Shown in pieces: positions 48,301 through 54,492 of a stretch of 64,000 nt of DNA. The notes under the pieces are model-generated. The model made no database searches. It had not been told where the DNA came from and saw nothing but the letters and a program-made list of their open reading frames with translations. The DNA is from Alphaproteobacteria bacterium. Lineage in GTDB: Bacteria; Pseudomonadota; Alphaproteobacteria; Rhodobacterales; Rhodobacteraceae. Position 1 is the stretch's first letter, and every line of letters starts with the position of its first letter. A program made the position numbers and the translations under genes. The stretch spans positions 7,896-71,895 of the forward strand of contig JAUIDE010000002.1 in the NCBI GenBank assembly GCA_030429105.1, given 5' to 3'.

Positions 48301-48790
48301 CAGATAAGCGCGCGACAGCTTCCGTAAGCGCCCGGCAGATCAGACCCGCGGCTGATCTGCCCGCGGCCGCGTCGGGCGTATACGCCCGACCCCGGCGGCC
48401 GCGTTTCCGCGCCCGCCGCGGCGACCGCGGTCAGATCTACGACCGACGCGGCGGCTCGGCGCCCCTCGGCCTGCGGCTTGCGCCTTCGGCCGACGGCCTC
48501 GGCGTCTCTCCCCCGGAGAGACGCTGATCGAGGCCGGGGCGCAGACCTCCTGGCGTCGCCTTCGGCTACGAAACCGTCTCCCCGAGACCAGGTTCCGGCG
48601 ACGTCGAGGACAGGGAAGAGCGGAGGGGAGAAGGGCGCGGGGATCACCGGCTCGCAAAATCGACTCTTGAGATTTACCAATGAAATCAACGAAAAAACGC
48701 CCATAACCATGGTTATGAGCCCTCTGGAGCCCCGAAAGGCCCCCTCTGCGCGCCCCTCCCGAGCGGCTTCGACGAGGCGGAGAGCCCCCC
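48301..48790. other. 490-bp non-coding, palindrome-dense spacer inside the operon
   Basis: Hairpins or palindromes at 48334-48361, 48362-48403 (contains a 20-nt perfect palindrome), 48502-48524 and 48576-48588. Direct repeat CGCCTTCGGC at 48481 and 48557. AT-rich block 48654-48720 carries the 16-nt perfect palindrome CATAACCATGGTTATG. Confidence 0.6.
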
Positions 48791-49672
48791 TCACGCCGCG
48801 ACCTCCCCGAGCAGTTTCTCCAGCCCCGGAGCTACAAAAGTGAGGTCGTCCTGATCCTTCAGCGCCACCCCGATGGCCCGCGCGAAGGCGCGCGGCCAGG
48901 GCGCGCCCTGCTCATGGAGGAGCGTCGCCGCCTCCGCCCATTCCACCGTCTCGGCGACGCCCGGCGGCTTCGCCAGCGGCTGCGCCCGGAGCCGCCCGAC
49001 GGCGCGCACCACACGGTCCGCCGTATCGCGGGCGACCGTGGAGGCGCGCATCATCACGATCTCCGCCTCCAGCGCCGGGTCCGGATACCCGATCCAGTGA
49101 TAGACGCAGCGCCGCCGCAGCGCCTCATGCAGCTCCCGAGTCCGGTTCGAGGTGAGGATGACGACCGGCGGCTCCGCGGCGCGGATCGTCCCCCGCTCCG
49201 GGATCGAGATGGTGAAGTCGGAGAGGAATTCGAGCAGGAAGGCCTCGAACTCATGGTCCGCCCGGTCGATCTCGTCGATCAGCAGCACCCGACCGCGCGG
49301 CTGCTGGAGCGCCAGCAGCATGGGCCGGGCGAGAAGGAAATCGTCCGCATAGAGGTTCACATAGGCGTCCCCGGCCTGCCGGATCGCCAGCATCTGCCGC
49401 GGGAAGTTCCACTCATAGAGCGCCGCCGCCGCGTCGATCCCCTCATAGCATTGCAGCCGCGTAAGCTCCCGCCCGAGCACCGAGGCGAGCGCCTTCGCCG
49501 CCTCCGTCTTGCCGACGCCCGGCGCCCCTTCCAGCAGCAGGGGCTTGCCAAGCGCGAGCGCGAGATAGGCCGCCGTCGCCAGCCCCTCGTCGGCCACATA
49601 CTGCGCGTCCCGCATCGCGTGGGAAAGCGGCGCGGGGCCGTCGATGCCGAGGATGGAGCGGCGGACGCTCAT
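48791..49672 (-). CDS. MoxR-type AAA+ ATPase, CoxD-like
   Basis: Walker A LLEGAPGVGKTE, Walker B VLLIDEIDRA. 293 aa. Confidence 0.88.
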   Translation of the reverse strand: MSVRRSILGIDGPAPLSHAMRDAQYVADEGLATAAYLALALGKPLLLEGAPGVGKTEAAKALASVLGRELTRLQCYEGIDAAAALYEWNFPRQMLAIRQAGDAYVNLYADDFLLARPMLLALQQPRGRVLLIDEIDRADHEFEAFLLEFLSDFTISIPERGTIRAAEPPVVILTSNRTRELHEALRRRCVYHWIGYPDPALEAEIVMMRASTVARDTADRVVRAVGRLRAQPLAKPPGVAETVEWAEAATLLHEQGAPWPRAFARAIGVALKDQDDLTFVAPGLEKLLGEVAA

Positions 49673-50697
49673 CAGAGCCGCTTCTTCGGCTTCGCGCCGC
49701 CCTGCGCCCGAAGCCCGCGCAGCACCTTCTCCGGCGTCACCGGCAAGTCGTCGATCCTGACGCCGACCGCCTCATAGACCGCGTTGACGACCGCGGGGAG
49801 GACGGGGTTGGCGCACATCTCTCCCGGCCCCTTGCCGCCGAAAGGCCCATCCGCCGCCGGCCTCTCCAGCACGGAGATATGGTGCGGCGCGAGGTCCCCC
49901 ATGCCAGGCATGAGGTAATGGTTGAAGTCGACAGGCCCGTGATCCCGCGCCGGGTAATAGGGCTCCGTCGTCTCCCAGGCCGCATGGCTCATGCCCATCC
50001 AGGCGCCCCCGCGCAGCTGCTGCTCCACCAGCTTCGGGTTGAGCGCGCGGCCGACCTCATAGGCGGATTTCACGTCGAGGACGGAGACCTCGCCCGTCTC
50101 GTCGTCCACCTCCACCTCCACGATCATCGCCGCGTGGGCGAAGGTGGAGACGGGCGTCATCTCGCCTGTCTCCGCATCCACCTCGGACAGAGGGATGAGA
50201 AAGATGCCGCGCCCGGCGATGGTCCGCCCCTGCCGGAACTGCGCCGCCTGCGCCGCCGCCATGGTGGTGATCGAGCGGGAGGGCGCGCCCTTCACATGAA
50301 TGTTCCCCTTCCCGTCCGTCACGAGATCGGCGGCGTCCACCTCCAGCTCCTCCGCCGCCGCCTCCAGCATCACCGCCCGCGCCTCCTCCGCCGCGCGCAT
50401 CACGGCGTTGCCGACGCGGTGCGTGCCGCGGGAGGCGAAAGAGCCCATGTCATGCGGGCCGGTGTCGCTGTCCGCCGTGTCGACGTAAACGTCCTCGACC
50501 GGCACGCCGAGCGTCTCCGCCGCGATCTGGCGCGTGACGGACTTCATCCCCTGCCCGAGGTCGATGGCGGAGAGGGCGACAGTGAACTTCCCGTCCGGGT
50601 TGGAATGGACGAGCGCCTGGCTCGGGTCGCCCCCGAGATTCATGCCGATCGGATAATTGATCGCCGCGAAGCCGCGGCCCCGGTGCAGCGCCATCAC
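49672..50697 (-). CDS. Molybdopterin hydroxylase large subunit, C-terminal part (separate ORF)
   Basis: Begins at the conserved RGRGFA...GMN..G block and contains GQGMKSV and GSFASRGT, typical of the Moco-binding C-terminal domains of XDH/CoxL-family proteins. Its start overlaps the stop of the preceding ORF. Confidence 0.85.
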   Translation of the reverse strand: MMALHRGRGFAAINYPIGMNLGGDPSQALVHSNPDGKFTVALSAIDLGQGMKSVTRQIAAETLGVPVEDVYVDTADSDTGPHDMGSFASRGTHRVGNAVMRAAEEARAVMLEAAAEELEVDAADLVTDGKGNIHVKGAPSRSITTMAAAQAAQFRQGRTIAGRGIFLIPLSEVDAETGEMTPVSTFAHAAMIVEVEVDDETGEVSVLDVKSAYEVGRALNPKLVEQQLRGGAWMGMSHAAWETTEPYYPARDHGPVDFNHYLMPGMGDLAPHHISVLERPAADGPFGGKGPGEMCANPVLPAVVNAVYEAVGVRIDDLPVTPEKVLRGLRAQGGAKPKKRL

Positions 50698-52337
50698 CGC
50701 CTCCTGAAGCCGGAAAGGGAGGAGAAACGCAGCGCCCCCTTTCGCGCCGCATCCGGCGCTGGAGGCGGAGCCGGCGTCGGGGCGGCCTGCTGAGGCGCCG
50801 GCGTCGGAGCCGACTGATACTGAGGCGCCGCCGGCCTCGGCGGCGTCGGAACGGAAACGGAGGCCCCGCCGCCCTTCCGCGCATAGCCGCCCGTGTCGAT
50901 CCCCTCGACGCGCCCGTCCTGATCAGTGACGGTATGCGCCGGAAGCCGCCCCCGTTCGCCGCCGCCGCCCTTAGTCGACGCCGCCGCCGCCGCCTCGCCC
51001 GAGAGCCGCACACCCGCCTTCTCCGCCACCACCTGACAGCACTCGACAAGGGCGCAGTTCTTTGCCTCCCGCCGGTGCGCCTTCATGTCCCCGTCGCGAT
51101 AGGCGTTGAGGATGCGGAACTCGATCGGGTTCATCCCCACCGCCTCCGCCCCCTTGTCCATATGCGCCTCGATGGCGAAATCGACGCCGGTGATGCCGAA
51201 GCCCCGCATCGCCGTCGCCGGCGTCCGGTTGGTGTAGACGCAGTAGACGTTCGCCGAGACGTTGGGGATCGTGTAGGGCCCGGGCAGGTGCCCCACCCCC
51301 TTGATGATCGCGTAGGAGGAGAGGCGGGTATAGGCCCCGCTGTCGAAATAGCCGGTGAACTGGCGGGCTATGATCCGCCCGTCCTTCATCACCCCGTCCT
51401 TCAGATACCAGCGCTCCGCCCCCCGCGGGGCGCCGACCTGCATCTCCTCCTCCCGGTCCCACGCGAACTTGCAGGGCTTGCCGGTCAGCATCGCGCCGAG
51501 GATGGCGATGGGTTCGTGAATCGAATCCACCTTCCCCCCGAACCCGCCGCCGACCGTGCCGCCGACGAAATGCAGCCGGCTCGACGGCATGGAGAGCACC
51601 TTCGCCGCCGTGCCGAGAGAGAAGAAGAGCGCCTGCGTGCCCGTGTAGCAGACATAGCGGTCGTTCACCTCCGGCGCAGCGATAGCCCCGCAGGTCTCCA
51701 TCGGGGCCTGCTCGATGGGGGACATCTGGTAGCGCCCCTCGACGATGTGGTCGGCCTGCCGGAAGGCGGCCTCGACATCGCCGTAGCGGAGCTTCTGATG
51801 GTCGTATTTCCCGTGATAGACGAACTTGTTGCCGGGATAGACCTCGCAGACGGTCGGCGCGCCGGGGCGGATCGCCTCCTCCACGTCGAGGACATGGGGC
51901 AGCACGTCCCAGTCCACCCGCACCTTCTTCACCGCGGCGCGGGCGGCCGCCTCGCTCGTCGCGATCACGGCGGCGACCGGCTCGCCCTTGTAGGCGCATT
52001 TCGTCTCGGCGAGCAGCGGCTCGTCGTCGAGCCCGAAGTCGAGCAGCGAAAGGAGCGTGTTGAGATTCCGCGGCACATCCTTCCCGGTGAGGACGCGCAC
52101 AACGCCTTCCGACCGTTCCGCCTCGCTCACGTCGATACGGCGGATGCGGGCGTGATGATGGGGGGAGCGGGCGCAGCGGATGTGCAGCAGCCCCTCGAAC
52201 AGGTGATCGTCATAGAAGGGCGAGCGCCCGGTGACATGGCCGAGAATGTCCTGCCGGCGGGTCGGCTTGCCGATCTCGTTCAGGTTGTCGTCCCGCTCGT
52301 CGCGGAAGAATTCCTTGCGAAACTCGATCATGCTCAT
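50694..52337 (-). CDS. Molybdopterin hydroxylase large subunit, N-terminal part with a Pro/Ala-rich tail
   Basis: GKPTRRQDILGHVTGRSPFYDD start and an a/b-hammerhead plus first Moco domain (GGGFGGK). The last ~95 aa are low-complexity (PTPPRPAAPQYQSAPTPAPQQAAPTPAPPPAP). Confidence 0.85.
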   Translation of the reverse strand: MSMIEFRKEFFRDERDDNLNEIGKPTRRQDILGHVTGRSPFYDDHLFEGLLHIRCARSPHHHARIRRIDVSEAERSEGVVRVLTGKDVPRNLNTLLSLLDFGLDDEPLLAETKCAYKGEPVAAVIATSEAAARAAVKKVRVDWDVLPHVLDVEEAIRPGAPTVCEVYPGNKFVYHGKYDHQKLRYGDVEAAFRQADHIVEGRYQMSPIEQAPMETCGAIAAPEVNDRYVCYTGTQALFFSLGTAAKVLSMPSSRLHFVGGTVGGGFGGKVDSIHEPIAILGAMLTGKPCKFAWDREEEMQVGAPRGAERWYLKDGVMKDGRIIARQFTGYFDSGAYTRLSSYAIIKGVGHLPGPYTIPNVSANVYCVYTNRTPATAMRGFGITGVDFAIEAHMDKGAEAVGMNPIEFRILNAYRDGDMKAHRREAKNCALVECCQVVAEKAGVRLSGEAAAAASTKGGGGERGRLPAHTVTDQDGRVEGIDTGGYARKGGGASVSVPTPPRPAAPQYQSAPTPAPQQAAPTPAPPPAPDAARKGALRFSSLSGFRRR

Positions 52338-52810
52338 GCGCGCGCCCTTTCCCCGGCGGCGTCCAGCACCGCCTCGATGATCGGCTCATAGCCCGTGCAG
52401 CGGCAGAGATTGCCGGAAAGCGCCTCGATGACCTCCTCGCGCGTCGGGCGGGGGTTCCGGTCCAGCAGCGCCTTGGCGGAAACAAGCATCCCCGGCGTGC
52501 AGAAGCCGCATTGCGCGGCGAAGCGCTCCATGAACGCCTCCTGAAGCCGGTGGAGGACGGGCCCCGTCGCGAGGCCCGAAGCCGTCTCCACCTTCCGGCC
52601 CGCGGCGGCCTCCGCCAGCGTGAGGCAGGAGAGATGCGGCTCCCCGTCGATCAGCACGGTGCAGCCGCCGCAGCCGCCCTGCCCGCAGCCGTATTTCGGC
52701 GAAAGGTCGCCGACGGAGCGGCGGAGGAAGTCGAGCAGGTTCTGCCCCTCCTCCGCGAAGGCGGCGCTCTCCCGCCCGTTCAGCGTGAAGGTGACCGGTT
52801 TCTTCGCCAT
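52334..52810 (-). CDS. [2Fe-2S] small subunit of the molybdopterin hydroxylase
   Basis: Two cluster motifs, CGQGGCGGCTV and CGFCTPG...CRCTGY. 158 aa. Confidence 0.92.
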   Translation of the reverse strand: MAKKPVTFTLNGRESAAFAEEGQNLLDFLRRSVGDLSPKYGCGQGGCGGCTVLIDGEPHLSCLTLAEAAAGRKVETASGLATGPVLHRLQEAFMERFAAQCGFCTPGMLVSAKALLDRNPRPTREEVIEALSGNLCRCTGYEPIIEAVLDAAGERARA

Positions 52811-53610
52811 CAGCCGCGCTCCATCCGTTCGAGGAGGCGGCGGAGATGCACGCCCGCGACCTCCTTCCGGTACCAGGCGCTCGCCAGCGCGTCCGTCGGC
52901 GGGTCAAGCCCCTCCGCCGCCTGCGCGGCGGCGCGGGCGATGGTCGCGGCGTCGAGCGCCCCGCCTTCCAGCGCGCGCTCCGCCCCCTGCCCCCGCATCG
53001 GCGCAGGCCCCATCGCGCCCCAGGCGACGCGCGCGCCGCGGATGCGCCCGCCCTCGGCGGGGAGGAAGGCGGCGACGGAGAGGACGGAGACGCCCTTTGG
53101 CTTGACCCGCGAAACCTTCAGAAAGCTGAATTCCCGCCCGCTCCGGGGCCGGGGAATCTCTACGGCGGCGACGAGCGGTGGGCGCGCCCGCTCCCGCATC
53201 AGTTCCTCCACCGGGCGCGCGCCCCCCTGCCCGGCCAGAACCGCGCGCGCGCCGAGCGCGATGAGCGCGACGGCGAAATCGCCGTAGGGATGGGGCGCGA
53301 AGAGGTTGCCGCCCAGCGTCCCCATATTCCGCACCTGCGGCCCGCCGATCTGCCGCGCGACCGAGTGGAGGAAGGCGAGGTCCCGCTCCGCGAGTATCCG
53401 CGCCATAGTTACCCCGGCGCCGAGCCGGACCGTCTCCCCCTGCGCCCTGACTTCCTTCAGCGCCGGGTCGGCGGAGCGGACGAGGCGCTGCGGCCCCTCG
53501 CCCGCGTTGACGTCGCGCATCAACACAGTGCCGCCGCCGAAGAAGGCGGCGCCGGAGCCCATCGCGCGGGCCGCCTCGGCGAGCGTGGGGAAGGTTTCGA
53601 CCGTCGTCAT
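52810..53610 (-). CDS. FAD-binding medium subunit of the molybdopterin hydroxylase (CoxM-like)
   Basis: 266 aa with FFGGGTVLM, VRNMGTLGGNL and a C-terminal CO-dehydrogenase-flavoprotein-like domain. ATG 53608-10 overlaps the upstream stop (ATGA). Confidence 0.83.
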   Translation of the reverse strand: MTTVETFPTLAEAARAMGSGAAFFGGGTVLMRDVNAGEGPQRLVRSADPALKEVRAQGETVRLGAGVTMARILAERDLAFLHSVARQIGGPQVRNMGTLGGNLFAPHPYGDFAVALIALGARAVLAGQGGARPVEELMRERARPPLVAAVEIPRPRSGREFSFLKVSRVKPKGVSVLSVAAFLPAEGGRIRGARVAWGAMGPAPMRGQGAERALEGGALDAATIARAAAQAAEGLDPPTDALASAWYRKEVAGVHLRRLLERMERG

Positions 53611-54050
53611 GCCGCCCTCGCCAGATGCGCGCGGATCGCGTCGAACCCGCCCTGATAGATGTCTTCCGCCACCATCCGCCCAAGCTCCTGTTCCCGCCCT
53701 GCGGGCGTGTCGAACCGGCTCTCCCAGCGCCAGAAGGTCCGGTCCCCGTCCGTCACCGGCGCGAGGCGGACATGGGCGACGTAGTTGAGAAGCGGCACCG
53801 GCGTCTCGTGCAGGCAGTAGGAGAACGCCATGTCGGCGTCCGAGAGCGTCAGCAGCCGCTCCCGGAGTTCCGACCCGTCCCTGAGATGAAAGCGCCGGAC
53901 GCAGCCGATCCGGTCCGAAGGCTGGCCGCGCTCGATCTCGCTGTCTGCGACCGCCGGGTGCCATTCGTCATGGCCGTTGAAGTCCCGCAGCACGGCCCAG
54001 ACATCCTCTACCGGATGATCCAGCACCGTGCTCTTGACGACCTTCACCAT
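53607..54050 (-). CDS. SRPBCC (Bet v1-like) ligand-binding protein, paralog 2
   Basis: 147 aa. DVWAVLRDFNGHDEWHP...GCVRRFHL...VTDGDRTFWRWESRF. About half of positions are identical to the upstream paralog by eye. Confidence 0.72.
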   Translation of the reverse strand: MVKVVKSTVLDHPVEDVWAVLRDFNGHDEWHPAVADSEIERGQPSDRIGCVRRFHLRDGSELRERLLTLSDADMAFSYCLHETPVPLLNYVAHVRLAPVTDGDRTFWRWESRFDTPAGREQELGRMVAEDIYQGGFDAIRAHLARAA

Positions 54051-54054
54051 CGCC

Positions 54055-54492
54055 TCAGCCCGCCATCTGCCGCTTCAGCGCGTCGAACCCGGCCTGGAAG
54101 ACGTCGAGCCCGATGCCGCTGACGAGGCCCTCCGCCGCCTCCGCCGCGCAGTCGAATTCCGCCGTCCATTCCGCGAAGGTCCGGTCGCCATCCGTGACTG
54201 GCGTGAGGCGCAGCGTAGCTACGTAATCCGTCAGCGGCATCGGGCTTTCGAGGATCGAGTAGGTGCAGAAATAGTCGTAATCGGAGAGGCCGAGCAGCTT
54301 CTCGCGGATGCGGTCCCCGTTCTGGAGGTGGAAGTCGCGAATGCAGCCGACCCGGTCCGCCGGCTCGCCGTTCTCGATCCGGCTGTCGCGGATGCGCGGG
54401 TGCCAGCGGGGGAGGCCGTTGAAATCCCGCACCCGCTCCCAGACCTTCGCGGCGGGCGCGTCGATGACGGAGGAAATATAGACGCGCGGCAT
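54055..54492 (-). CDS. SRPBCC (Bet v1-like) ligand-binding protein, paralog 1
   Basis: 145 aa. KVWERVRDFNGLPRWHP...GCIRDFHL...VTDGDRTFAEWTAEF. Its ATG abuts the flotillin TAG. Confidence 0.72.
   Translation of the reverse strand: MPRVYISSVIDAPAAKVWERVRDFNGLPRWHPRIRDSRIENGEPADRVGCIRDFHLQNGDRIREKLLGLSDYDYFCTYSILESPMPLTDYVATLRLTPVTDGDRTFAEWTAEFDCAAEAAEGLVSGIGLDVFQAGFDALKRQMAG

Noticed and set aside
48285-48794. 169-aa minus-strand ORF that bridges the whole 490-bp spacer and ends in an ATGA overlap with the CoxE-like start
   Set aside because: The translation is Arg/Gly/Ala low complexity and is laid over perfect DNA palindromes. Its first part uses AT-ending codons and the rest many rare codons (AGG, AGA, CGA, GTA, TCT), unlike neighbouring genes. 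I treat the region as non-coding or a decayed remnant. The ATGA ending keeps a small doubt.
50694-50980. Pro/Ala-rich tail of the first Mo large-subunit ORF considered as a separate secreted or linker protein
   Set aside because: It is continuous in frame with the upstream catalytic domains and has no start/SD of its own. It is treated as part of the split-subunit question rather than a separate gene.
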